Assembly: GCA_010093605.1 (NCBI GenBank) | Contig: MU004189.1 | Coordinates: forward strand, 1,433,834-1,497,833 | Length of the DNA: 64,000 bases | Direction: 5' to 3' | Origin: Lophium mytilinum | Taxonomy: Eukaryota | Shown here: positions 12,421 through 23,708 of the stretch, in pieces | Numbering within the stretch: position 1 is the first letter of the stretch | Layout: each line of letters starts with the position of its first letter | Translations under genes and position numbers: made by a program | Notes under the pieces: model-generated | Told to the model about the DNA's origin: nothing | Databases searched by the model: none | Seen by the model: the letters and a program-made list of their open reading frames with translations, nothing else

Positions 12421-14028
12421 TCAGGTGATAATCTGGGTCTCCATCTCCTCTTGACTCGACTTCCCGGGCAAAATGAGCTCCTCTTCCGCCGTCTCGTCGT
12501 CCACAAATTTCCTCTCGCTAACGTGCTCTTTCTTTGCATCCTCTCCATTTCGGTCCGCCGTCCACTGCATATCTGCGCGGCTCTTCTTCTGACCTTCGAC
12601 GTGCTTGAAGGTGCAACGAGTATTCGTGCAGGGGGTGAATTTGCATGCGACCTTGCTGTGTGCGAACTTGCAGTCCGGAGTAGTGCAGTCAGCGCCATTC
12701 CGGCACGGCGGCATGGTTGTATCAGGATGGCGGAATGGACAATTGGCCTGGTCGCGGCAATGTGGGTAGTACGCGCAGTCGATCTCCTTCTTGTGCGATT
12801 CGCGTTGAGCAGGAGAAGGGTGCTTTCCGACACACTTCTTGTTCATGCAGGCAGCGCCATAGGAGCACGTGTCGTTCATGTCGATCGATGTTCCTGGCGG
12901 AGCTGCTGGAGATTGATGAATGAACAAGCAGTCAGCTTTGGTACACGATACGTCGAACCTGCACCTCGTTTGGGACGGATCTTTCGGTTCTCCGCTCGCT
13001 CCGGAATCGGCGCCATCCGTCATCGTCTCGTCCTGCGATCCGTTCCTCGAGTACTTGGTGTTGTTCTGCTGTCTCTTCTCGTTGAATCGCCCAGACTTGT
13101 TGTCGACTCGATCGAAGAGAGACTTTCCAGCCGAAGATTTCTTGCCGTGGAAGTTGGGGTTGACGAAGGCATTCGGCGTTGATTGGTTTTGAAATAGGGT
13201 TTGCATCATCTGTGCTTGTTGTTCGTACATTTGCAGTAGTTGCAGTTGTTGTTGAGGTGTCATGACAGCAGGCATTCCATTCGGTCCCATTGGCATTGGC
13301 ATCCCTGGCATTCCCATGCCACCCATCGGGCCCATTTGACCCATGCCTCTCCCGTTTGCCATGGCGGCAACACCACGGCCGAGCTGTTGGCTTCGAGGGC
13401 CTCTCGGAGGTTCTCTAGAGTGTGAGTTCACGCGTCCGGTGCCGGAGCCATTTCGTACGCGGTGTAGAGACGCGTCGCTTGATCTATCCATGGCCTTGTT
13501 GAGCTGTCCGAGTATTCGCTTGTCGCGGGGTTTTTGGACGCCGTTTCCGCTGCCGCTGCGCATAGCCTTCGGTCCGGTAGGTCTAGAGAATCGGTTAATA
13601 TGGCTGTGATTAGTAGTTGTGGGGAACTGGACATACATTGAGCCGCCTTCACCGTCAGCCGCATCGCCCATTTCGGCGTCTGCACCGGAGGTCTGGCCTG
13701 CATGAGAGGAGTCTGCGCCGTTCGCGTTGCCGCCCTCGGACGGTTGTGGGCCGTTGAGTTGCTGGTTGAGAATGTCGACCTGCTCGAAGAGCCACCTTGA
13801 GAAGTTCATCGGACCTTCATCTTCGGGGGGGAGACTGAGGAAATCCATCGCCATCTCCGAAGCCACTTCTTGCTGCGTCTTCCCGTTGACCAGCATGAGA
13901 ACAATGTATTCGGCCAACGCGAGGTCGTCCAGTCCGCCGGTAGCCCAGCCAGCCTCTGCGAGTTGCGGCTGGATGACCGTTTTGAGCGCCTCGGCGAGCG
14001 GCGTGCCGACTCCTATTTCGATAGACAT
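12421..14028 (-). CDS. NAB2: Nuclear poly(A) RNA-binding protein Nab2 (N-terminal PWI-like domain, tandem CCCH fingers)
   Basis: LAEYIVLMLVNGKT N-terminal motif; repeated CCCH fingers (CRFDVSCTKADCLFIH, CRNGADCTTPDCKFAH); C-terminal HVSERKFV. Likely 54-nt in-frame intron at 13583-13636. Confidence 0.92.
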   Translation of the reverse strand: MSIEIGVGTPLAEALKTVIQPQLAEAGWATGGLDDLALAEYIVLMLVNGKTQQEVASEMAMDFLSLPPEDEGPMNFSRWLFEQVDILNQQLNGPQPSEGGNANGADSSHAGQTSGADAEMGDAADGEGGSMYVQFPTTTNHSHINRFSRPTGPKAMRSGSGNGVQKPRDKRILGQLNKAMDRSSDASLHRVRNGSGTGRVNSHSREPPRGPRSQQLGRGVAAMANGRGMGQMGPMGGMGMPGMPMPMGPNGMPAVMTPQQQLQLLQMYEQQAQMMQTLFQNQSTPNAFVNPNFHGKKSSAGKSLFDRVDNKSGRFNEKRQQNNTKYSRNGSQDETMTDGADSGASGEPKDPSQTRCRFDVSCTKADCLFIHQSPAAPPGTSIDMNDTCSYGAACMNKKCVGKHPSPAQRESHKKEIDCAYYPHCRDQANCPFRHPDTTMPPCRNGADCTTPDCKFAHSKVACKFTPCTNTRCTFKHVEGQKKSRADMQWTADRNGEDAKKEHVSERKFVDDETAEEELILPGKSSQEEMETQIIT

Positions 14029-14453
14029 GGTGGGTGTTTAGGAGGCGAAGATTGTGAGATGTAATGGGTGTAGGTGAAGGTGCAAAGCGGGCTTTGCGAT
14101 AACAAAGAACGGTGGCGACTTTGTGCTGCTGTCGCGGCGTGGGCGCTGGGAACAACGCTGGTGTGAACGGCTTAACAGCAAAGTGGGAGTCGCGCGAAGA
14201 GATTGGTGGTATGGAGCGGCGAGGAGATGTATGCGGGGAGGTGAAGGTGAAGCTCTCCGAGATCAATCAGAAGGAGGCTGACAAAATGGGGCACGTGACG
14301 AGCTAACGTCGGGCGCACGGACGCGGCTGCCAAGGCCGTCTTTTCTACTAGAGATTTGTTTGGAGCTCCTTCGCCGCCTCACTCCGACTCTTACCTCACC
14401 TTCTTCACCCTCTCTCACGACCCCACATCTACATCACAACCCGATCTCTCAAC

Positions 14454-15450
14454 ATGTCTCGCGGAGGAACCACTCTCTACGTGACTGGCTTCGGCCATGG
14501 CACCCGCGCCCGCGACCTAGCTTACGAGTTCGAACGGTATGTCCTCCACGCATCGTAAACCGCACCAACCGTCCTCCTCTCCCGACCCGTAGCGGTCCTA
14601 TGTACATTATGCCTTACCTCCCCGCCCTCCCTCCATCGATCGCTCGGTCCGCCCCATATCCTTCCGCCCCCACCGAGACCATGCTCGAATCGAAAACGCC
14701 GTTTCAAGCTCTCTATGCACGTCGTTGCTTCGTCACCGCACCTACAAACAACCACAACTGACTTTTCCAAGCTATGGTCGACTTGTCCGTTGCGACATTC
14801 CTGCCCCGCGCTCTGCGGCGTCCCGCCTGTGAGTTCGCTGTCCCCGTTTTGAGCAGGCCGCGGCTGAACATCCAGTAGCTTTGCGTTCGTGGAATACGAG
14901 AGCCGTCGGGACGCAGATGATGCCTATCATGAGATGCACAACAAGCGCATCGGACGCGACGATCTGCTGAAGATCGAGGTATGAGCAACTTCAGCGCATA
15001 GCTTGACGGCTGTGCTAACATGTTCCAGTGGGCCCGCACTCCCCCATCAGCCTCTTGGCGATTCGAGTCTGGCGCCAGCCGTGACGGAGCTAGTCGTGAC
15101 GGAGCCGGTCGTGATGCCCGCCCCCCTCGCCGTGACCGCTCTCCGCGTCGCGGCCGAAGCCAGTCTCCACCGCGCCGTGGACGTGGCGGCGACTACTCCC
15201 CGCGCAAGGATGATAGACGCGACCGCGACTACGACCGACGCGACCGCGACCGCTCTCGTAGCCCGGACGACCGTGACCGTGAGATGAAGGATGTACGCCC
15301 CGATGACGAGCGGGAGAACGGCACCAACGGAGACGACCATAAAGGTGTGCAGGAACCAACCCCCATCGAGACCGATCTGACCTTGCGCCCAAAATTTTAG
15401 TCGATTCTCCTCCTCCAGCCGTCCACGACGACCTTGATACGGCAGAGTAG
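14454..15450 (+). CDS. srp1: SR-type pre-mRNA splicing factor (single RRM plus RS/RD tail), Srp1-like
   Basis: Exons 14454-14536, 14772-14828, 14879-14978, 15029-15344, 15401-15450. Reads [38 protein letters not shown]...FAFVEYESRRDADDAY...RDRSRSP. Confidence 0.88.
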
Positions 15451-16247
15451 CTACTCCCGTCCCCCTCCCAGAGGAGCCACGGACATCGAAGAAACACGAT
15501 ACTAAAATGAGTCTAGGGAACCAGAGATCGTCTGAAAAGCGTGAGGTCATCTGGATGGCTATCCAGTGACTCGATTTCCTTCTCCCTTCTCCTTGGCGGT
15601 GGCTTTCAATGGATATTGGGTTCGGTTTTGCGGTTGGTATCAAATTGATCATGTCAGCAGTCCGACACCAAGCGGATCCCTCACCTCGGTCGGTTTCGGC
15701 GGTTTCCACGATGCGGCGGTCAAAGTTTCTGGCTCGGCGATTCGATCGATCGGTTCGATTCTACCTGAGATACATCCATGTACACTACGAATAATCGGTC
15801 ACCCCCCTACACAGTCGATCCCTCGTCCCCCACGATCCCTCGTCCCCCCGAACCCTGCCTACTAGGTACTATCGAACGTCCTCGAGCCGGCTGTGATTGG
15901 TGATACTAACTAATATGATGCATGTGTGCAAGTGAATCTTACCTAGCGTGCTGTACATCATGTAGCTTAGTAATTCATGGACGGGTTGTAGCCAACTTCT
16001 TGTCAATCTTGCTGCGACTGAACGTTTCACATTAAGTACTACAAAAGGTGACCGATTCCACCTTAACCTCTCCAAGATTAAGCGGCAATATCATACAAGA
16101 ACGCAGAAACCTCACAAGACGCCCATGTGAAGTGAACACCTCGAAAGCGCAGCCCAGACTCCGCCAATCAACACCCTCAACCCGTCCAGCAGGCCTCTCC
16201 CATTACAGCATCCCGTCCCCCTCGCCATCGCTCACCACTCTTCCTCC

Positions 16248-16725
16248 TCAAAACAAGCAGTCTAAGCAACAGCAACACGCCATCGCCGCCAACAAGCCCC
16301 CCAACAGCCCCGTCCCAGCACCTCCCCCTCCCCGCCCCCGGTCATCGTAGTAGCCGCCCGGCGGCGGCGGGCCTTGCTGGTAGTACATGCCCTGCAAATC
16401 TCATCAGCAAATTGTATCGAGTCGCATTACCGCGCGCGCATACCTGTGGCGGAGGATATTGCTGCCCGTATTGCGGTCCGTATGGGCCTTGTGGCGGGCC
16501 GTATTGGGGCTGGCCGCCGTAGTAGTCGCCGTTGCCCGGTGGCGGCGACTGGTAGTAGCCTTGTTGCGGCGCGGGGGAGTGGCTGTAGTTGGGGTCGTGG
16601 TAGGCGGCGGGTGGGGCTTGTGGGTAGGATGGGGGTGGGCCGTCGGGGGCGTCCTGGGGAGTAGTGTTAGGGAGGGAGCTGGTGGGGTGGAGGGAGGGGA
16701 GGCGTACGTATTTCTGGGAGGCCAT
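16248..16725 (-). CDS. Pro/Gly/Gln/Tyr-rich tail-anchored CYSTM-module protein
   Basis: Three exons (intron 16654-16707 and a second GTATGC...TTGCAG intron). Reads MASQKYDAPDGPPPSYPQ...GLLGGLLAAMACCCCLDCLF*, the typical CYSTM C-terminus. Confidence 0.88.
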
Positions 16726-17223
16726 TTGTGAGGGAAAGTGTAGGTGGAGTTTGCGGGGTTAATTCGAGATGTGAGGTTCGAGGTTCGGTGGCGCGCGCAC
16801 GCAGTGAGAGGCGAGGTCGTGAGGGAGGTCTGGTGTATTAAATAAAGCTGGTAGGAAATAGGTGAAGGAATGAGGGAGTGCTGAGGGCCAGTGGGTGGCA
16901 ATAGAGAAGAGCGGGATCACAGGATGAAAAAGACTCGTGGACGCCCAGACGCCGGGTGGCTCAGCGTTGCGTAACGTTCCGTTTTCGAGAGCTACTTAAA
17001 ACGTGGGGCTTAGTAAGACGGAGATCTGCTTTCGTCAAGGCACAGAGATGTCTGTAAGCATTATTTGGGCTTCTTTATCTTTTCAATACTTATGGATGCT
17101 TGACCAAATGAATGGTGGTCACCTAGCAGGGTCTGGGGCATCATGCAGGTGGAATACGAACAGGTGGGGAGTGGCGTTTGCGGACCACCTAGGTATCGCG
17201 AGAGTCCATCGAATAAATAGGTA

Positions 17224-17427
17224 CAGCAGTTCACCACGTCCGGTGAACAAGCGCTAAAATCAAGCCACAATCTTACCGTTTAAGGTAGCTTTTCCGGACG
17301 CCTTTAAGGGGAAATAGCAGCCTCCTAGCCAATCACTATTTGAGCCAGATCGATATTAGCCCGGAAAGGTGCTTTACCGGGGTCGACTCAGCTTCCGCGC
17401 TAGGTCACCGGACGTGGTGAACTGCTG
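17224..17427. mobile_element. 204-bp non-autonomous Tc1/mariner-type MITE
   Basis: Perfect 23-bp TIRs CAGCAGTTCACCACGTCCGGTGA (17224-17246) and its reverse complement (17405-17427), each flanked by TA (17222-23, 17428-29). Degenerate complementarity continues inward; no transposase. Confidence 0.85.
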
Positions 17428-18016
17428 TAGGTACTCCACATGCACGAACTTCATTACACTCTTAGAGCATTATAGCATGAGCATCTTAACTAGATGTCAA
17501 CCCCGTCCGTACTTACTAAAAATTACTGAAGCACTTCAAAGAATGGTAGACAAGTGTACATCCAAAGCTCTGATGGCACGGGCGCGGCCAGCCAAACAGG
17601 TGGAGGTGGCGTCTATAGGTGCCTATCATCATATACGCCACGGCAACGCAGAATTATTCCCGCGTGCGATTCGACCTGCGGAGTATTTCTTAATTCATCC
17701 CCACTCCGGGGTGGGCTTGTCAAATTAACTCCAGAAAGAGGGCATTTGAGTTGAATACTTTAGTTGCACATTTTCCAATCCTCCTTTCCTAATGCCTTTG
17801 CTAGATGCTTCTCATATAATAGTACACTCCATTTCCTCGTTGCAGAACATGATAAGGGTATATCGTGACAAAACTCCTGGCAGATGATTACCGGGACCCA
17901 TCCCGTGCTGCCAAACCCAACCCTAAGAAACCTTATAAAAGAAAGGAAGATAATCACTTAGAGGGGTGTCTCGGATCCAACAGACGTGAAAGGAACCCCA
18001 CTACAAGCAAGAGGCA

Positions 18017-21000
18017 TCAATTGAATTTCGCAGCCTTCCCAGGATTCAACATCGCAAAGTTATCGCTCGTCCGGGCGCGCTTCAAGTTCTTCGAGAGCAA
18101 GTGGTCTCCACTGTTGCCCGCAGCAGCCTGCGCTGCACCCTCCGCGGCGTCGGCGGCCGCCCTAGATTCAGGACTGTTGTAGCCGCTTCCGCCAACGCCA
18201 GTCGCAGCGGAGCTGCCCGCAGGGATTTCTTCAGCAAGGCGCTCGGCAACGTTAGAGTCGTACTCGCGCTCTCTCGCGTGGATAGTAGTAGGGTCGATGG
18301 CGCGAGCTGTGGCAAGGAGGTCGACGCTGTCAGACTCATCGTCGTCCTCTAGGTCCCACGATTGTTCGCTGCTTTCATGTGGGGGAGATATGTTCAAGAG
18401 TTGGGGCGCGGTGTGCCCATGAAGCTCGATGCTGACCTGGCTCGACATGTCTGAAGCTGCCGAGGACACGTCTGATTCGGCGTCTGAGTCCACGTCATTG
18501 GAAGAAGAATCGAATGGGAGCATCGATGGTGGAGGGAGAGCAGAGTTTGGTAGGTCTTGGTGGGCTGTGGATATGATTTCTGAGGCTATCATGGATCGAG
18601 CGGCACCTCCAGTTCCCGTTGATAACGAGATGGTATCCTTCTTCAAGGCCTCAAGAATATTATGCGGGTATGGCTTCGGCTTCGACACCGAACGGCGAAC
18701 TGCCACCAGGCCATGTTCGACCCATTTCTTCCTTAACTGAACGTCAATCGCGAAGTTATCGACCGATTGGACTCCTCCCAGTCCAGACGCTTCGAAATTG
18801 ATGCGTTTGGGGCTTGGTACAACATCATTGTCGGTTTCAGATCTCTCAGAGGCGAATCTGATACCACTCTCGCCAGATGTCGAATGGTCGAGGTCCATCT
18901 GTTCCTCAAGCTCAAAGGATGGATCAGCCAACGGACCCTTACTATCGTAAAGCTCCGCATCGCGTTCTGCGCTCATTTGTCGAGTAGGGTGCGACATAAC
19001 GCTCTGGTAAGATGATGGGTTGGCACGTGTCGCCCCACGCCGGTCACCGCTTAGATCGGTGCAGAATTTAGCGTTGTTGTAGAAAATGATCGGACCTGTG
19101 TCACGCCGCTTGTTCGAAGAGCTTGCCGCTGGGAAGTTGATGCCAGATGAATCCCCAGCCGCATTGGTCGGCATTGGTGGAAAGTATCCCAAAGAATCAA
19201 CATCATAGTTGTATTCATCGTCGGCTTCTGAGCTCAATTGATGGAAAAATAATGGCGTATAAGCCAGCTCATTCTTCTCCCGTTGCTTCTGATGCCTAGC
19301 AAGCTTCCGAGCGTAGTGTGCAGAATCCGTACTTGCCCCGCTGTGCGCATAGCCTGATTTAGCTTTCTTTCTCTCTCGTCTTTGGACCTCGTCGCTGTCA
19401 TCTGGCGAAGTGCTAGAAAGTTGCTCCGATGAGCTATCGCTGCTGTTTCGAGTGACGTCGTGCCCACCTCTCCATCGTAGCTTGCGGCCATCGGGCGATA
19501 GTTCAAATTTGCTGCTGTAATCGGTAACAGCGTTCTTGACAAAATCCGAGGTGACATTGATGGTGTGAAGTTGAGCCATGTTTATCAGAAGATTCAGGTA
19601 TATCCAGCCGTGGCCATCCAGTGGAGCGTCGCCGGAAACCATATCTGGCGGCGTGAAACCCAAGTGACGGATATAGTCCATATTCTCTGACGGGACCTGG
19701 GCTCGGTATGGGTCCAAATCCAGAGGTCTTGTAGGTCGTTGATCTGGTGATCCGGAGCTCGACGAGTTCTGTTCTGGTAACGCCATTGATGATGGAGGGC
19801 CCCGGGCGACGTCCAGTGATGTATCTTCTATTGCTTGCATATCATCATCTTCAGACATTATGCGAGCTTCGCGAATCCCTTCCTTTCCTGAACGCTGGCC
19901 CCCAAGCTCCCGCGCTTCACGGTCCGCTCTCGCTGCTGACTGCGAAACTTCTTGCTGTTGTACAGGATGTGGATGGTCTCCCGGCGCAGACAGCTTGCCA
20001 GCAAATATTTGTTCCAGCCGCCGGACCACGAGCTTCTTCTTCGCCTTCTCTGTGAGATGTAATGGTTTACCAATGAAACCAGCAGGTATGTCGTGAAGGT
20101 AGGACTGGACGTTTTGGTGTTGTTGGTTGAGCGGTGGTCTCACAGGCTTCTTGGAGTTAGCCACAATTTGACTAGAGGGTACGGATACCGAGTTTTGACC
20201 AGATGCAGACATGGACGCATATCCGGATTCGGCAAAACGGGTAGAGGTAAGAGAGGATGTTGCATTCTTCAACATTGGCGGAAGGAACACAGACGGGCCC
20301 GAATTGTTCAATGGACTATCGCTAAGTCCCATAGCGAACTTTCGCAATGTCTCCTCCAGCTCTTTTTTCTTGTCGTCCGGGAGGCCGTGAAACCGGACCT
20401 CGAAGAGCTTGTCGTTCTGTAGATGGGCATCATACATCTTTTCATATCTCCTCAACTTCTGCTTCAACTTCTTGTTCACGATTGTCAAATCGTCAATGAC
20501 ACTGCGGTAATCGCCACTGTCGCTGTCGTCTCCTCTGATCTGTGCACCACCACTGGGGCGGTACGGCATGGATGTCGAGTGCATGTTTCCGGAGTTTGGT
20601 TGATGCTCGAGGATCTCGGGAGGGGTCTCGGACGATGAGGAGTTGTGGAGGAAGAATGGCGGTTCATCTTTGGCATGTCAGCGGTCATCTCGAAACTTAA
20701 TGGACCAGCACTAACTATCGATAACAGACTGATCATGTGTCACATTGTTGTTCGATCTTTCAAACCACTTCCCAGCGTCACTGCTCTCCCCCGAACTTTG
20801 CTTGTGGGTGCGCAGATTGGGCGATACGCTAGACGGTGGGTTCGCCCGATCGCTCCGGGGCCCTGTCGGAGACGGAAGGGAGGGTCGGCCGGTGGGAACA
20901 CGACTGAGTTGCACATTGGACCATCCTAGTGGGGGGGTGTGTCGTAGCGATACAGACTTGTGAGGAGGTGGTCGTCGCGGATGGGAGCTGGGGGGCTGCC

Positions 21001-21049
21001 TCGAGCCGGGGCCAATTGGCACAGCGTCGGCCGGGTTGTGCGAGTCCAT
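18017..21049 (-). CDS. frq: Circadian clock protein Frequency (~994 aa)
   Basis: Exons 21049-20716 and 20667-18017 joined by a 48-nt intron (GTTAGT...GCTGAC...AAG), giving VIDNEPPFF. FRQ motifs: SSGESS..KWF, DYRSVIDDLT, KKKLVVRRLEQIF, DQRPTRPLDLDP, GWIYLNLLINMAQLHTINV, SSAATGVGGSGY. Confidence 0.95.
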
Positions 21050-22680
21050 TCTGTGGTTTTTGGTATATTTGGTACTATGAAGGGGTCGCCATGAAGCCTG
21101 GTGTGGTTTCGTCTGATCTGGGGATCAGGAACGAGACGGGACGGTGTTTCACAATAGAGCAGCTGCGCGAGAATGACGTCGGAAGGAGTACAAGAAGAAG
21201 TAAGAGAAGACTAGATATGTTCAAGAAGACATATAGCCTATACCTAGCATTCCAAATGATTTACAGGTGCAATGTTAGTGGTCACAAGCGGGCAAAAGGT
21301 GGCAAGACTTCGCAACGCAACGAAGATGGGCGGAAGGTGGTGAGGGCGGAGACGGAGTTGATGCCGGTCGTATGGGAGTGCTGTGAGCCCATGAGCAGGG
21401 TTTGGCAGGCATTTTGCAGCAGCGGCGGGAACTGGGGCCTGGCGGTCGATGGGCGATGCATTTTGGTGGATTTGGCTCTCCAGCCGCGATCTGGAGAACG
21501 GGCTTGGAGGTCGTGAGGATCGGACCTGATGCAGGTGTCGCACAGGGGACTGGGTCGAGACCCTCGGCCGTTGCTCATCGACGATGCGGCGACCCTCACA
21601 CAAAACCGCTGTGCCGCCAGCGAGTCGATGGCCGCGATCTTGTTGCTTTCCGCGATCGGGCGATGAGGCCTGTGAGGGAATGTGTTCTGATCTGTACAGC
21701 TTCAACAACGGCAAGTCTCCATCTGCGCTCTCTGCCTCTGTATGCAATTGCTCATCCAGCAGGCACCTCCGCCCTGTACTTCAGCCCTGCAGCATCCAAC
21801 GCTCGGCTGCGACCGCACAAGCGCCCCAAAGCAGCGCGATCGACCCTGCGAGCCGACTGGCGCACCCTTTGCGGCCCGCAGAGGATGGCGCTGACCGGCC
21901 AATCACCACTGCGCGCCCAGCAGCTTCACGACGTGTGAAGTCATAGACCTCAGAAAAGGCTCCGGCCAAGGCCTCACCTGCTCGTTGAGCCTGCGAAACG
22001 GCCGCGGTGGGCCCCGAGAGAGTCGCTTCAAGGAAGCCGGCACATGCGCGCCCTTGCACAGATCGGAAAACACGAGGCCATCGACACCACGGCAATCCGT
22101 GAGGGGCCTGAGCGTAGGTGAGCCGTGCAGAGAATCTTCACGAAAGACGCCGACATGGCCGTGACTTGCGCATGCCACCACACCACCCAGCCTGCCCGTT
22201 TGGTGCTTGAAGATGCAACGAGACAGGCTCTGCCATTGGTGAGAATGCTGAGAGCCTCGTAGCCGCCCACAGCGCTCAGCGTCGTTCGATTCCGGATGAA
22301 TTCGCTTTACAGAGTCTCCGCCGGAGACTGCTCCTGGCCGTCAATAGCGGGCTTCACGACTAACGCTCCCGTCATAGCCGTTGTTCGGAGTCTTCCCGAG
22401 GCCATTCATTCCAGCGGAGAATGAGGCCACGGCTTGTCCATCTGACTTCCAGGAGACGTCTCCGAGCAAACGTTGCAGAGCACGTCTGAAGATCAACACC
22501 TTCACCTTGCATCGGGAGGCAGCATCCTAGGTTCTTAGGCCATAGTTCTTTGTAGCGTCTTCACTTTAGAATCTAATGACCTTCTTCATCCTCTCTCCAC
22601 CTAATACATCATCTTCACGTATCTCTTAGGAGTCTTCTCCGAGCTTCATGTCATCCTCTGCCCGCTTGGCGCCTTGCTCT

Positions 22681-22962
22681 CATCGCCGATTTAATTTCTA
22701 TCTTTAACATCCAACTGGACCAGGAGTTGACTCCGAACATCAGCGCAGTATTGTGGCAGCATTGTGGTGCCACTCCATGAGGAGAAGGACCGCGCTATCG
22801 ACAACGACATACAATCATCCTCACCTTGAACAAGATCGGCTTCGTAGCCGTGGCCACATGGCGATACAGGGTGAATCTTATCCATTCCCGAAATAGACTC
22901 GCGGGTGGTGCCTGCTTTTCCATCGCCGATTCAATCATACCCACTCACCCCCATCGCCGATT
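22681..22962. promoter_or_regulatory. Three copies of CATCGCCGATT upstream of frq; candidate White Collar complex sites
   Basis: Exact 11-mer at 22681, 22921 and 22952; related CATCGACGATG at 21576. Confidence 0.45.
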
Positions 22963-23708
22963 CCATCTCAATCTCTGACACCGCCATGCGGGCACACGCC
23001 ACCAAGCTTGCTCGACGAAGCGTAGCGGGCCCAAATGGCTCCACAGTGTTGTGAAGAGACGATCGGATTTGGTGAACATCATCGAGACGTAAGCCCTCTG
23101 CATAAGTGTAAAGGGGGGTTGATCGAACCCTTCAATTCTGGCTCGAGAAAACGTGACCTCTAAAATCTATTCAGACGAGATAGAAAACTTACGGCACTTT
23201 GGTCGGGAAGCTGAACCGCTGTCTGGCTGAAACTGCTAAGTGCTTCTCATGATTACATAGGCTTGGCCTTTCTGTTGGGATATGTCAAAGTCGTCTACTG
23301 AACCAATGGGCCCTCCGTTCTACGAAAACCTCCGATCACTCTGGATAACGTCACGTGATCTTCAAAGTAACAGAGATAACTTTAAACACGATAGAAAATG
23401 ACACAAAGGACGAATGTCAGGGCTGTGACTACCTGAAGGAAAGCCCATTGCAGAAAGGGGAGACATTATGGCGACATAAAACCGCAACACTTACCACAAC
23501 TCTAGAACTGTAATACTCACAGTAAGAACGTGAATAGATATTCGGCTGAACACACATATCTTCAACACAGCTTCCACACGCCTTTTTGATACTCTTGCCC
23601 GCCTATCCCATGCAAACCCATTTTATGCTACATCATATTCTTACAGCCACTCTCCCACATTACCCGCCCCCAACTTGCAACGTACCTCCGCACACCTGTT
23701 CGCCCCAT

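Noticed and set aside
12367..13182. 271-aa plus-strand ORF
   Set aside because: Antisense shadow of NAB2.
20711..20713. In-frame stop suggesting frq is a pseudogene
   Set aside because: The stop lies in a canonical 48-nt intron whose removal restores the DNEPPFF motif.
20929..22270. Several 100-195 aa ORFs upstream of frq
   Set aside because: Mutually overlapping in GC-rich leader/promoter sequence with no protein-like features.
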